Shown here: positions 16,534 through 27,184 of the stretch, piece by piece
Position numbering within the stretch: position 1 is the stretch's first letter
How the letters are laid out: each line of letters opens with the position of its first letter
DNA from: Verrucomicrobiota bacterium
GTDB taxonomy: Bacteria; Verrucomicrobiota; Verrucomicrobiia; Limisphaerales; UBA1412
Length of the DNA stretch: 64,000 bases
Direction: 5' to 3'
Assembly: GCA_023230105.1 (NCBI GenBank)
Contig: JALNXY010000006.1
Location: 76,886 to 140,885 of the forward strand
Translations under genes and position numbers: made by a program
The notes under the pieces: model-generated
What the model was told of the DNA's origin: nothing
What the model saw: only the letters and a program-made list of their open reading frames with translations
Database searches by the model: none

Positions 16534-18023
16534 AACTAGCTCAATTAATAGCGGGTCTAGGCAAGGTGGAAACAGTGGGGTCCCTGGACCGGGAGGTCAC
16601 GGGAATAGCCTACGACTCGCGCTGCGTGACGCCCGGAAAATTATTTGTTGCTATTCGTGGGGTTGAAAGTGACGGGCACAATTATATTGCAGATGTGGCA
16701 GACCGCGGTGCAGTGGCAGTGATTTGTGAAAAAAAAGGCACAAGCGGCGGGAAGATGACGAGAGTTATTGTTCCGAATACGCGTGCTGTTTTACCCTATA
16801 TCGCCAGCGCATTTTTTGATTATCCGGCGAAGAAGCTGAAAATGGTGGGGATCACCGGAACCAACGGGAAAACAACGGTCACTTTCCTGTGCAAATATAT
16901 CCTGGAAGAGGCTCATATTCATACAGGTCTTCTGGGTACAATACGCTATGAGATTGGCGATCGTGTAATTCCGGCACAGCGGACCACTCCGGAATCTCTG
17001 GATCTTCATTTCATGCTTTCAAAAATCGTAGCAGCCAATGGGCAGTGCTGCGTTATGGAAGTCAGTTCCCATGCCTTGGAGCAGAATCGTGTCGACGGAA
17101 TTGATTTTGATGTTGGGGTTTTCACGAATCTTACCCAGGATCATCTGGATTACCACGGCACGATGGAGAATTACTTTGAAAGCAAGAAGCGTTTATTTAC
17201 TGAAGGAATAAAGGGCAAAAAAGATTTCAAAGCGGTGGTCAACGCTGATGCTCCCTTCGGCCGTGAGCTTATCAGAGAACTGAGCGGAAAATGTGATCTA
17301 TTATCTTATGGGTTGAAAGAGAATGCCGCCATCATGGCGACGGAGATAGAGTTATCTGCCCATAAAACCAAGATGAAAATCACAAGTCCCCAGGGAGATT
17401 TCATGTTGGAGACACCTCTGATCGGGCGATACAACATTTCAAACAGCTTGGCGGCTATAGGAGTTGGATTATCTTTTGGAGTGAGCCCCGAGGTCATCGC
17501 TTCGGCTTTAAGTAAAGCCGCACCGATTGCCGGCCGTTTGGAACGGCTGGATGCCGGACAGCCGTTCACTGTTTTAGTGGATTATGCCCATACGGATGAC
17601 GCAATGCAGAATGTGCTGAGCACGCTTAAGGAGATCACAAAAGGGCGTGTATTATTGCTTTTCGGATGCGGTGGCAGTCGCGACAAGGGTAAAAGGTTGA
17701 AGATGGGTGCCGTAGCCGCAGACTTGGCGGATTATATCCTGATTACAACGGATAATCCTCGAAAAGAGGAGCCCAAGGATATTGCTGCACAGGTGGAGTC
17801 CGGCTATCTGACTCGGCGGCAGGATGGATACGAGATAGAGCTGGACCGCGCCCTGGCAATTGAGAGAATTATCAAGTTGGCAAGAGAAGGGGATACGGTC
17901 CTTCTATGTGGAAAAGGTCATGAAACGTATCAGGAATTTCATGGGTTGGTCGTGCCTTTTGACGATCGCCTTCATGCAATGAACGCGTTAGCTAATTTGG
18001 GTTATCATACCGGAATGGATTAG
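16530..18023 (+). CDS. murE: UDP-MurNAc-tripeptide synthetase MurE (meso-DAP-adding type)
   Basis: GITGTNGKTT P-loop and a DNPR motif (TTDNPRKEEP). ATGA overlap with ftsI. Confidence 0.9.
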   Translation: MKLAQLIAGLGKVETVGSLDREVTGIAYDSRCVTPGKLFVAIRGVESDGHNYIADVADRGAVAVICEKKGTSGGKMTRVIVPNTRAVLPYIASAFFDYPAKKLKMVGITGTNGKTTVTFLCKYILEEAHIHTGLLGTIRYEIGDRVIPAQRTTPESLDLHFMLSKIVAANGQCCVMEVSSHALEQNRVDGIDFDVGVFTNLTQDHLDYHGTMENYFESKKRLFTEGIKGKKDFKAVVNADAPFGRELIRELSGKCDLLSYGLKENAAIMATEIELSAHKTKMKITSPQGDFMLETPLIGRYNISNSLAAIGVGLSFGVSPEVIASALSKAAPIAGRLERLDAGQPFTVLVDYAHTDDAMQNVLSTLKEITKGRVLLLFGCGGSRDKGKRLKMGAVAADLADYILITTDNPRKEEPKDIAAQVESGYLTRRQDGYEIELDRALAIERIIKLAREGDTVLLCGKGHETYQEFHGLVVPFDDRLHAMNALANLGYHTGMD

Positions 18024-18028
18024 AGCCA

Positions 18029-19462
18029 GTGGAAGCCAGAACATTAAGATTCATGAGCGAGGCGGCCGAGGGTTTGATTTACCTCGGTAACGGCGATATT
18101 CCTGTAAAAGGCATTTTTACAGATAGCCGCAATCCTCTTCCGGGGGGAGCGTTCCTGGCCGTCGTGGGCGAGCGCTTTGACGGGCATGATTTTATTGAAG
18201 CTGTTGGCAAGGCGGGGTGCAGGGTTTTTATCGTGAGCCGGATTGAGGGGATTTCATTTCCTGAGAAGAGCTCTGTATTATGGGTCAATGATACAGTGGA
18301 GGCTTATAGAAGAATCGCTGCTGCGTATCGAAGTGATTTTAAAGAGATAAAAATCATCGCTGTCTGCGGCTCTAACGGCAAGACAACAACCAAGGATCTG
18401 ATTGCATCAGTGCTTTCCAAGAAAGGGAAAACCTTATCCAGCAAGCGAAGCTTCAATAACCATATTGGGGTTCCGCAAACGCTGATGGAGATTGACTCTT
18501 CGCACTCGTACGCTGTTATTGAAGCTGGGACCAATCATCCCGGGGAACTGGCCCCATTGCTTGAGATTATTGAACCGGATTATGGAGTGGTGACGAGTAT
18601 TGGCCATGAACACTTAGAATTTTTCGCAGACCTGGATGGGGTTTTGAGTGAAGAGGGGGGCATTGCGGAAGCTTTGCCTTCGGGAGGCGCAATCTTCATT
18701 CCTGAGGATTGTTATGGTATCGCGCAGATCGTCAAACGCCTCGGAGAAGGCGTGCGCTGCGTGACCGTGAGCCGTCATAGTTCCAGAAAAGCCGAGCTCT
18801 ATGGAGAGCTGCAGGAGATCAGCCAGAACGGAACCGTTTTTAAAGTTTTTTCCAAAACCAAGGAGGTGGGCAAAGGTCAAGTGGACACTCGCTTCAAAAC
18901 ATGTCAAATCCGTTCTCTGGGAGCACATCATATCACCAATGCACTTCTCGCAATTTGCGTTGGCAAAGAGATGGGTGTTCCGGAGGATGATATTTACATG
19001 GCTTTGAGCGAGTGTCCCGCCCCAGAAATGCGGACTGAAGTGAAGGTTGTGGGAGGTTTGACTCTCCTCATTGATTGTTACAACGCAAACCAGGATTCAG
19101 TTTGCGCCGCATTGGAAACGTTGAAACACCTGCAAAGTAAAGAGAGTGGGAAAACGGTCGCCATTTTGGGCACGATGGGTGAGTTGGGGAGTAGTGCCCA
19201 GGAATCCCATCGGCAGGTTGCGCTCAAAGCAGCGGCGACAGGAGTGGCATGTGCGCTTTTTTGCGGAGAGTATGCGGAAGAGATGCGCGAAGTCTTCAGA
19301 GCAAACGCTTCGCCGGATCAGTTCTCAGAAGCATTTGATACACCGGAGACTTTGTTGGCAGAGGTTGATAAATATGTATCAAAGGGAGATTGTGTGCTCT
19401 TAAAAGCTTCCCGCTCTCAGAAATTTGAGCGATTGGTGCAGAAATGGAGTCCGGGAGTATGA
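18029..19462 (+). CDS. murF: UDP-MurNAc-pentapeptide synthetase MurF
   Basis: VCGSNGKTTTKD P-loop, Mur ligase architecture and dcw position. GTG start. Confidence 0.85.
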   Translation: MEARTLRFMSEAAEGLIYLGNGDIPVKGIFTDSRNPLPGGAFLAVVGERFDGHDFIEAVGKAGCRVFIVSRIEGISFPEKSSVLWVNDTVEAYRRIAAAYRSDFKEIKIIAVCGSNGKTTTKDLIASVLSKKGKTLSSKRSFNNHIGVPQTLMEIDSSHSYAVIEAGTNHPGELAPLLEIIEPDYGVVTSIGHEHLEFFADLDGVLSEEGGIAEALPSGGAIFIPEDCYGIAQIVKRLGEGVRCVTVSRHSSRKAELYGELQEISQNGTVFKVFSKTKEVGKGQVDTRFKTCQIRSLGAHHITNALLAICVGKEMGVPEDDIYMALSECPAPEMRTEVKVVGGLTLLIDCYNANQDSVCAALETLKHLQSKESGKTVAILGTMGELGSSAQESHRQVALKAAATGVACALFCGEYAEEMREVFRANASPDQFSEAFDTPETLLAEVDKYVSKGDCVLLKASRSQKFERLVQKWSPGV

Positions 19463-20643
19463 TTTATCAACTTTCACAATACATACTGGATATTGCCAAA
19501 GCGCAGGGCTGGGAAGAAGCGGTTTCCTGGCTGCGTATTTTTTCTTATGTTTCTGTGCGAGCTGTGGGTGCGGCCTTGACAGCGTTTGCTCTTTGCATGT
19601 TTTTAGGCAAGAGTGTGATTCAATGGCTTAAAGATATTGCTCCTGAAGTTTATACCCCTGAGTGGGCAAAAAATACTCCCGGGGAAAGTGGTGCCAAAAA
19701 AGCAGAAGAAGCCGTGATGGAAGCTCTCAAGAAGAAGCATGGAGTTCCCAGTATGGGCGGAATTTTGATTGTGGGAGTGATGGATGTGAGCGCTCTGTTC
19801 TGGGGTGTTTGGAATGAACTCTTGCTTCTGACGGTGTTGAGCATGATTATTCTTGCTGGTTTGGGTTTTTATGACGACTACCGCAAAGTGACGCGATCAG
19901 GAGAGGGCTCTCCGGAGTGGGTTAAAATCGGCGTGCAGTTGACTCTGGGGTTGATCCTGGTCAGTTATCTCTATATGGACTGCAGCGTTTCCTTTCTGAT
20001 CGAAGAAGTAATGGTTCCGTTTTACAAAGAACCGATTATGTCTGTAGGAGTTATTTCTTCAATTGTCGGAGCTTTTATCGTCATTCTGGCGGTGTTCGGC
20101 AGCAGCAATGCGGTCAATTTGACGGATGGATTGGATGGCCTGGCCATTGGATGCTCCTTGATCTGCACCGTGGTTTTCCTGGTGATTACTTACCTGACAG
20201 GGCGTGTGGATTATTCCGCCTATTTGAATTTAACTTATGTTCCCGGGGCTTGTGAGTTGACTGTTTTTTGCGCGGCCCTCGGAGGTGCCTGCCTGGGTTT
20301 TCTATGGTTCAACTGCCACCCGGCGCATGTTTTTATGGGGGATACCGGCTCACTGGCGATTGGCGGAGCATTTGGGATTATGGCGGTCCTGGTTCACCAG
20401 CCATTTATTCTCCTCATTGCCGGAGGTGTCTTCGTAATGGAGATTGGTTCTTCGGCTTTGCAGCGGTATTATTTTAAGGCGACACGCATATGTACGGGGA
20501 CTGGGAAAAGAATTTTCTTGAGAGCGCCTTTGCACCATCACCTTCAGCGTTTGGGTTGGTCAGAGACTCAGGTGGTGACGCGTCTCTATATCTTAGGAGT
20601 TATTTTTGCGGTTTTGGCTCTGGTATCGTTAAAGATTAGGTAA
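19459..20643 (+). CDS. mraY: Phospho-MurNAc-pentapeptide translocase MraY
   Basis: NAVNLTDGLDGLA and MGDTGSLAIGG motifs; 10-TM profile. ATG 19459 forms an ATGA overlap with the murF stop (alternative upstream ATG at 19444). Confidence 0.9.
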   Translation: MIYQLSQYILDIAKAQGWEEAVSWLRIFSYVSVRAVGAALTAFALCMFLGKSVIQWLKDIAPEVYTPEWAKNTPGESGAKKAEEAVMEALKKKHGVPSMGGILIVGVMDVSALFWGVWNELLLLTVLSMIILAGLGFYDDYRKVTRSGEGSPEWVKIGVQLTLGLILVSYLYMDCSVSFLIEEVMVPFYKEPIMSVGVISSIVGAFIVILAVFGSSNAVNLTDGLDGLAIGCSLICTVVFLVITYLTGRVDYSAYLNLTYVPGACELTVFCAALGGACLGFLWFNCHPAHVFMGDTGSLAIGGAFGIMAVLVHQPFILLIAGGVFVMEIGSSALQRYYFKATRICTGTGKRIFLRAPLHHHLQRLGWSETQVVTRLYILGVIFAVLALVSLKIR

Positions 20644-20655
20644 CTGTGTGAACTG

Positions 20656-22053
20656 ATGGAATCCGAACAGAAAAAAATAGCGGTTTTGGGATTAGGCTCC
20701 AGCGGAATGGCTGCCGCTCAACTGGCTTTGAAACATGGAGCCGAGGTTTTTGTTTGGGATGAATCAGCCTTAGTGTGTTTGGAAGAGCGCGCCGCCCAGC
20801 TAAGGGCTCTGGGAGCCACAGTAGAGCTGGGCGTGAAAAGCCTGCCTCAGACAAGGGTGGACCTGACTGTAATCAGTCCCGGAATAACGCCGGAAAGCAT
20901 CTTGGGGAGGTTCGCATCACAAGCCGGAGGCAAAGTCCTTTCAGAGCTGGAATATGGGTGGAGTTTCATGCAAGAAATTCCGACGATAGGCGTCACCGGA
21001 ACCAATGGAAAAACGACCACGACAGAGCTTTGTTCTCTTATTTTAAATGAAAACGGAATTCCTACTTGTGCCTCGGGCAATATCGGCTACCCGGTATCTT
21101 CCCTGGCGCTGGAGAACCGGAGGTTCCCAGTAAATTTATTTGAAGTCAGTTCATTTCAGCTCGAGAGAATCAAAAATTTTCGCCCCGGAATAGCCTTGCT
21201 GACCAATATCACTCCGGACCATCTGGAGCGATATCCAGCCCTGGAGGATTACTTTTTAACCAAGCTGGAAATATTCTCCAAACAAGGAGCAGAGGATTGG
21301 AGTGTGATCCAGTGGGGGGCTTTTCAACAGATTCTCGGCCAAAAGGAGAAATGTAGGGAAAAGAAGATTAATTTAAAATCACGCCAGATCACCTACAGTG
21401 CAGAAGCTAGCCAGGCAGATATGCACATGCAGGATGGCTGGATTGTTTACAATGGGTCTCATGGTCTTCCTGAGGGTAAGTGGTTGGATGTAAAAGAATT
21501 AAAACTTCTGGGAGATCACAATCTGGAAAACGTGATGGCAGCGCTTCTGGCTACAGTGCTGAGCGGAGTTTCAGTCCATCAGGCATGCCAAAGTGCGGTG
21601 AAGTTTGAGCCTTCCGACCATCGTTGCCAACTAGTGGGTGTGGTCAAGGGGGTTAAGTATATTAATGACTCCAAAGCGACCAATGTGGATGCGACTCGTC
21701 AAGCATTAAAGATGGTCCCGGAGGGCAAAAAAACGTGGTTAATTGCGGGTGGAAAAGATAAAGGATTTGATTTCGGAGGATTGGAAGATTTACTCTCGTG
21801 TCGTGTGCATGGAGCCATTCTGATAGGCGAGACTCGAGAACGGATTTGCAGGGAATGGGAGCAACATGTGCATTGTATGCTCGCCAATTCGCTGGAAGAA
21901 GCCGTCTATTATGCCGCCCGAAATGCTGTCGCAGGAGAAGTAGTTTTACTCTCCCCGGCTTGTTCAAGTTTTGACATGTTCAAGAGCTACGCTCACAGGG
22001 GTGAGCTGTTCCGCGAATATGTTGAGAAGGTTAAGAAAGAGAAAGAGATTTAA
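20656..22053 (+). CDS. murD: UDP-MurNAc-L-Ala-D-Glu ligase MurD
   Basis: N-terminal Rossmann motif VLGLGSSGMA and GVTGTNGKTTT P-loop. Confidence 0.9.
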   Translation: MESEQKKIAVLGLGSSGMAAAQLALKHGAEVFVWDESALVCLEERAAQLRALGATVELGVKSLPQTRVDLTVISPGITPESILGRFASQAGGKVLSELEYGWSFMQEIPTIGVTGTNGKTTTTELCSLILNENGIPTCASGNIGYPVSSLALENRRFPVNLFEVSSFQLERIKNFRPGIALLTNITPDHLERYPALEDYFLTKLEIFSKQGAEDWSVIQWGAFQQILGQKEKCREKKINLKSRQITYSAEASQADMHMQDGWIVYNGSHGLPEGKWLDVKELKLLGDHNLENVMAALLATVLSGVSVHQACQSAVKFEPSDHRCQLVGVVKGVKYINDSKATNVDATRQALKMVPEGKKTWLIAGGKDKGFDFGGLEDLLSCRVHGAILIGETRERICREWEQHVHCMLANSLEEAVYYAARNAVAGEVVLLSPACSSFDMFKSYAHRGELFREYVEKVKKEKEI

Positions 22054-22133
22054 ATTGCAATAGATTCGCTGAAATTCTCGAGAGAGAATTGACTATCGAA
22101 TCGAAATGGGCCACAATAAAAACAGATGATGTT

Positions 22134-23138
22134 ATGAACGATCAAGACAACAAAAAAACGTTGATATCGCAGGGTTCTCGTCTTCAGCAGCTCTCAGGTA
22201 AAAAGAAGTCAAATCTGGCTGTTGCGATGTTTGCAATCCTGTTTTTTCATGCTGCCGTCCTTGGAGCGTTGCTGATTCAGGGCTGCAAGCAGGAACCACC
22301 TCAGCCTGAGGCGACTGCCACCAACGAAGTTGCATCACCGACCAATTCCTCTGCCAGCACTATGGGAGAGGCCGGCCTGCAGTTTCATGATGATTATCCG
22401 GGTGCCGTCGTTCAGCAAGCGACTAACGCGACGTTGCCTGTGGCAGATACATCGCGCGCAGTGGCCGCTTTGCCGCCGGAGACTAACGCAGTAATCCCCG
22501 GAGTGCAGGGTTTGCCCGGTGCGCAGACTTCTACCTCTACTCAACAACCCGGGATAGTTCAAGCGGGAGCCCTTACACAGGCAACTCCGACCGCTTCTGA
22601 AATGAAAGATCACACGGTCAAGAGCGGTGAAAACTACACCAAGATCGCCCGTGCCTATCCGGGAGTGACTGTAACAGATTTATTGAATGCCAATCCGGGA
22701 GTGGATCCCCGTTATTTGCAAGTTGGGCAAGTGGTGAAAATTCCTCCGGCTTCCGCATCTAAGACTGCAGCGACGGGTTCAGCCGCATCACCTTCGGCCA
22801 ATACCCAGAGCAAGCCGACGCTGGGTTCAGACTACAAAGACTCAGAAGGGCAAACGGTTTATGTAGTTGCCCCCGGTGATTCGTTGACCCGCATCAGTAA
22901 AAGGTATGGTGTGAAAATAGCTGATCTCAAGAGCGAAAATCGCCTGGCCAGTGACCGGATTAACGTGGGCCAAAAACTGAGAATACCCAGCAAATTACCT
23001 GCGACGCCCGCGCCCGCTACGCCTTCGGATACAACAACGGGTACCGGCGCCCTGGCCCCCTTGTCTCCGACACCAGACAGCGGGAGCGGGACAACTCAGT
23101 CCACGGGAAGAACTACGATTACCCCACTTGGTAATTAG
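22134..23138 (+). CDS. Bitopic membrane protein with a P/A/T/Q-rich linker and two C-terminal LysM domains
   Basis: TM segment LAVAMFAILFFHAAVLGALLIQG. LysM repeats HTVKSGENYTKIARAY...VGQVVKIP and YVVAPGDSLTRISKRYGV...VGQKLRIP. ATG 22134 is preferred over TTG 22089. Confidence 0.7.
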   Translation: MNDQDNKKTLISQGSRLQQLSGKKKSNLAVAMFAILFFHAAVLGALLIQGCKQEPPQPEATATNEVASPTNSSASTMGEAGLQFHDDYPGAVVQQATNATLPVADTSRAVAALPPETNAVIPGVQGLPGAQTSTSTQQPGIVQAGALTQATPTASEMKDHTVKSGENYTKIARAYPGVTVTDLLNANPGVDPRYLQVGQVVKIPPASASKTAATGSAASPSANTQSKPTLGSDYKDSEGQTVYVVAPGDSLTRISKRYGVKIADLKSENRLASDRINVGQKLRIPSKLPATPAPATPSDTTTGTGALAPLSPTPDSGSGTTQSTGRTTITPLGN

Positions 23139-23280
23139 TAGGAGTTTCCGAGTTTTTTGCATAAGCGATGCTTGCGCATATTGCATCGCAGTTTTGTCCG
23201 GGGTGGATCTGTGCGAACCTATAAAGGTGCGTGTGGCCACCCCGTAAGTTTTGTGCAGTTTCGGGCGAGTTAAGGGAGTT

Positions 23281-24567
23281 ATGAAACATATAGTAGGGGT
23301 GATTGTCTTCTGCGTGGCAATGTTGATTGCCATGGGGCTCCTTGCTCTTTACAGTGTCACTTTTTCTAAGATCGAAAAAAAGACCAGTGCACCTCAAGTG
23401 CAAACGGCTTCGAAGGTGACCTCTGCAACGAACACGACTTTCGAGGAGAAGGCATGGAAAGTTTCTCCGCGAAATATTCAAGGAATGAATAGCTTCAAGA
23501 AGCAGGCGCAATTTGCTTTCGTGGGAGCTGTTATATGTGTTTGCCTGGCGTTGTTTTTTGACTACAAATTTTTGCAGAAAGATTGGGTTCCTATTCTTTT
23601 GCTATTCATCTGTGCTGTTTTATTGACTGCTGTGTTTTTTCCGGCGCTGGGAGGCTTAAAAGTGAAAGGAGCAGCTCGCTGGGTCCGGTTGGGAATCAAC
23701 TTTCAGCCTTCGGAACTCGCCAAGCTTTCCATCATTATTTTTCTCGCCTGGTATGGAGCCAAATACCCTTCGATCATTCGACATTTCTGGAAAGGCCTTA
23801 TTCTGCCAATGGTGATTATTTCCCCGCTAGTGCTCTTAATTTTCAGAGAGCCTGACGCGGGAACGACTCTTTTTCTCTTGGCTTTGACTACTTGCATGCT
23901 GCTGATCATGGGGGCTCGTTGGTTTTATTTATTTATTCCGGCCGGCTTGATGGGCACGGCTTTGAGCGTTTGGCTTTATTTTGACCCGGTTCGAAGAGAG
24001 CGAATCCTCAGTTGGCTGGACCTGGAAGGAACCAAGTACGGCGTGGGGATGCAGGGGTACTCTTCACTGGTGGCTTTGGGCAGTGGAGGTTTATTTGGTA
24101 AGGGCCTGGGAGAGGGGAGTCAAAAAATGGGTTTTCTGCCTGAAGACCACACAGATTTTATTTTGCCGATTATTGGCGAGGAGCTGGGCCTTTTTGTCGT
24201 CCTTTTTATCGTCCTGCTTTTCGTGCTTTTAACTGCGTGTGGATTAAAGGTTGCGTTGCGTGCGCGCGAGCGCTTTGGTGCCTATCTGGCAATGGGAATT
24301 ACGCTCATGATCGGGTTGCAGGCCTTTATCAACATCGGTGTCGTGACGAGCGTATTACCCAATAAGGGTATGCCTTTGCCGTTTATTAGCCGGGGAGGAA
24401 GCAATATAATTATGCTGCTGGGAGCAGTCGGTTTGCTCCTATCGGTTGCCTTGCGAGGTAATTCGAGCAAAGATAACGATTCTCTCGTGATTGAAGAGGA
24501 GACGCTTGTGGAAGACGAAGAGAATGTATTTGCAACAAAAAAACCATCCGATCATGAAAAAGAGTGA
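23281..24567 (+). CDS. ftsW: SEDS-family peptidoglycan polymerase FtsW
   Basis: Multi-TM protein with the SEDS motif NKGMPLPFISRGGSN and dcw position. ATG 23281 follows gggag. Confidence 0.85.
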   Translation: MKHIVGVIVFCVAMLIAMGLLALYSVTFSKIEKKTSAPQVQTASKVTSATNTTFEEKAWKVSPRNIQGMNSFKKQAQFAFVGAVICVCLALFFDYKFLQKDWVPILLLFICAVLLTAVFFPALGGLKVKGAARWVRLGINFQPSELAKLSIIIFLAWYGAKYPSIIRHFWKGLILPMVIISPLVLLIFREPDAGTTLFLLALTTCMLLIMGARWFYLFIPAGLMGTALSVWLYFDPVRRERILSWLDLEGTKYGVGMQGYSSLVALGSGGLFGKGLGEGSQKMGFLPEDHTDFILPIIGEELGLFVVLFIVLLFVLLTACGLKVALRARERFGAYLAMGITLMIGLQAFINIGVVTSVLPNKGMPLPFISRGGSNIIMLLGAVGLLLSVALRGNSSKDNDSLVIEEETLVEDEENVFATKKPSDHEKE

Positions 24568-25726
24568 GAAAAAAGGGCCTTTGGTTGCTATTGCCTGCGG
24601 CGGTTCCGGAGGGCATTTTTATCCGGGTATAGCCGTTGCTCAAAAACTTTACAGTGCCGGGTGTGAGATTCTCCTGATTGTTACCGAAAAAGAGATCGAC
24701 CAGGTAGCCAGCGCGCAGATAAGAGAATTTCGAGTGGAGCGAATGCCTGCGGTGGGGCTAACGAGTCGAAACGTGCTTCCTTTTTTTCTTCGTTTCATTA
24801 AATCGTATTTAAAAGCAAGAAAACTGTTTCGTAAGCTGCAGCCCAGGGCAGTGTTGGGGATGGGCGGTTTTTCGAGTGCGCCTACGGTATTGGCAGCTCC
24901 GGCCGGGAAATGCAAAGCGTTTATTCATGAAGGCAATTCGATACCCGGGCGGGCGAATCGTCTGGTGGCGCCTTTTGTGCATACCGGTTTCGTCCATTTT
25001 CCGCAATCTGTTTCCAGACTGCACATGCGCAGAGTGGATGTGGTGGGAATGCCTGTCAGAGCAAATTTTTCTCCTTCAAATGAAGAGATGTCCAGGGGCT
25101 GCAAAATGATGCTGGGGCTTGATCCCGATAGACCTGTTCTTTTAGCGATGGGAGGGAGCCAGGGAGCACGTGCGCTGAATTCTCTGGTGTTGGCAAGTCT
25201 CAAGAAAATTTTACGACGAATACCCGATTTGCAAATCATTCACCTGACCGGCCAAAAAGATTTTGAATCGGTACAAAAAGGCTATCAGGATAGCGGCGTC
25301 CAAGCGATGGTTCGAGAGTACTTTGCAGAGATGGATTTGGTGATGGGAGCCGCAACAGTGATGGTGAGTCGGGCGGGTGCCTCTTCTCTGGCGGAAACGG
25401 CCCGGATGAGAATCCCTTCCATCTTAATCCCGCTGCCCACGGCTGCTGATAATCATCAGTATTACAACGCGCTGGCCTTCGAAGAAACGGGTGCTGCAAT
25501 TCTTTTTGAACAACCCGAGTCCCCCATCCAGGAGGCGGCTGCGGACGACTTTGCGGATGTGGTGAGTTCTCTCTTAACAAACGAAAAGAAGCGTTTGGCA
25601 ATTTGCCATGCTTTGGCAGAGTGGGGCGAAAGAGACGCAGCGACGGAAATTGCCAAAAAGATGATAGAGGTTGCCCTGCCTCAAGAAAATTTGAACATGG
25701 ATTGGAGCACTGAGCCCGTAGTTTAA
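24554..25726 (+). CDS. murG: Lipid II synthase MurG
   Basis: GGSGGHFYPG glycine-rich loop and MGGSQGA. Start MKKSEKKGPLVAIA at 24554 overlaps the ftsW end by 14 nt. Confidence 0.9.
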   Translation: MKKSEKKGPLVAIACGGSGGHFYPGIAVAQKLYSAGCEILLIVTEKEIDQVASAQIREFRVERMPAVGLTSRNVLPFFLRFIKSYLKARKLFRKLQPRAVLGMGGFSSAPTVLAAPAGKCKAFIHEGNSIPGRANRLVAPFVHTGFVHFPQSVSRLHMRRVDVVGMPVRANFSPSNEEMSRGCKMMLGLDPDRPVLLAMGGSQGARALNSLVLASLKKILRRIPDLQIIHLTGQKDFESVQKGYQDSGVQAMVREYFAEMDLVMGAATVMVSRAGASSLAETARMRIPSILIPLPTAADNHQYYNALAFEETGAAILFEQPESPIQEAAADDFADVVSSLLTNEKKRLAICHALAEWGERDAATEIAKKMIEVALPQENLNMDWSTEPVV

Positions 25727-25727
25727 G

Positions 25728-27182
25728 ATGTTGAGTTTGAGAACAGAAAACAGAATAGCATTTGAGTCGCTGCTAAAGGGCACGGCTGCTAAGTCAGGGG
25801 TTCCCCAAAAAGCATATTTGGCCGGGATAGGGGGCATAGGTGTCAGTGCTGTGGCGCATTTACTGATGGATAAAGGCTGGAATATCAGTGGGTCGGATGT
25901 GCGCGAGACCCAGGAGACCCGGGCACTGAGTAAAAGAGGAGCTAAGATATATCTGGGACATTCCGCGGCCAATGTGAAAGACGATCCGGTGGAGGTTCTG
26001 GTGTACTCTTCTGCTATAAGCAAAAAAAAACCGGATATCGTTGAGGCAAAAAGGCAAGGAGCCCTCCTTCTAAAAAGAGCGGAAGCCCTGGCTTCCTTCA
26101 TGAATTTATATCGCGGAATTTGTGTGGCCGGGATGCACGGGAAGACGACGGTCACGGGTTTGCTCGTTCGGGCTATGTGTAATTTGAATCTGGAGCCCGG
26201 TTATGCTGTGGGAGGTTTATGCCGTCGCTTTGAACCCCATGCACGCCTTGGCAAAAAACAATCCAGCTGGTTTGTTGCGGAAACGGATGAGAGCGACGGA
26301 AGCATTCTGGAATTTGAGCCTGAATACGCTGTGATCCTTAATTTGGACCGGGATCATTTGGAGTATTACGGTAACGAAGCGGGGATCGAAAATACATTTG
26401 CACAATTTTCTCAGCAGGTTCAAAAGAAAATTATCTGTTGTGCCGATAATGAATGGGTTACGCGGCTGAGCAAAGATCATTTCAGAGAGAGAAGCATCTC
26501 TTATGGTTTCAGTCCGCAGAGTGATTACCAGGCAGTACTTCGAGAAAAATCTTCCGAAGGAGAGCAAATTTTTGGTGTAAGGAGAAGAGGCGTTGATTGG
26601 GGAGAATTCAAAATTTGTTTGATGGGAATCCATAATGTCAGCAATGCAACGGCGGTGATAGCTCTTCTGGCGGAGTTGGGATATTCGGCCCGGGAGATCG
26701 CTGGAAGCATCAGCGACTTTAATGGAACGAACAGGAGACAAGAGCTTCTGTTTAAAAATCAGGATTACCGGATTATTGATGATTATGGCCACCACCCGGC
26801 TGAAATAGCGGCCACCATTCGTGCCGTAAAGACTCAGGGCGGACGTCTTCTGGTCGTCTTCCAGCCTCACCGTTTTACGCGCACTCAGCTGCTGCTTGAT
26901 GAATTTTCTACGTGTTTCAAGGAAGCTGATCGTCTGTTCCTCACCGATGTTTATGCCGCCAGTGAAGAACCTATTCCGGGCGTAACGGGCAAGAGCATGG
27001 CCGATGCTGTGAGAGCTCGCGGGCAAGAGGTGGAGTATCTGGAGCACTTGGAGGACGTGGGCGGAGCGGTGGCAAAAAACTCGCGCCCCGGAGATATCAT
27101 TTTATTTTTGGGAGCCGGCGATATTACTTTGGAAGCCCATAAATATGCGGCGTTATTGGATGGAGCAAAAGGCCAGAGCTAG
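25728..27182 (+). CDS. murC: UDP-MurNAc-L-alanine ligase MurC
   Basis: GIGGIGVSAVA and GMHGKTT motifs; DDYGHHP. Confidence 0.9.
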   Translation: MLSLRTENRIAFESLLKGTAAKSGVPQKAYLAGIGGIGVSAVAHLLMDKGWNISGSDVRETQETRALSKRGAKIYLGHSAANVKDDPVEVLVYSSAISKKKPDIVEAKRQGALLLKRAEALASFMNLYRGICVAGMHGKTTVTGLLVRAMCNLNLEPGYAVGGLCRRFEPHARLGKKQSSWFVAETDESDGSILEFEPEYAVILNLDRDHLEYYGNEAGIENTFAQFSQQVQKKIICCADNEWVTRLSKDHFRERSISYGFSPQSDYQAVLREKSSEGEQIFGVRRRGVDWGEFKICLMGIHNVSNATAVIALLAELGYSAREIAGSISDFNGTNRRQELLFKNQDYRIIDDYGHHPAEIAATIRAVKTQGGRLLVVFQPHRFTRTQLLLDEFSTCFKEADRLFLTDVYAASEEPIPGVTGKSMADAVRARGQEVEYLEHLEDVGGAVAKNSRPGDIILFLGAGDITLEAHKYAALLDGAKGQS

Positions 27183-27184
27183 AC

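Noticed and set aside
26217-27047. 276-aa minus-strand ORF inside murC
   Set aside because: Antisense to a confidently identified Mur ligase, with no recognisable features; typical shadow ORF.
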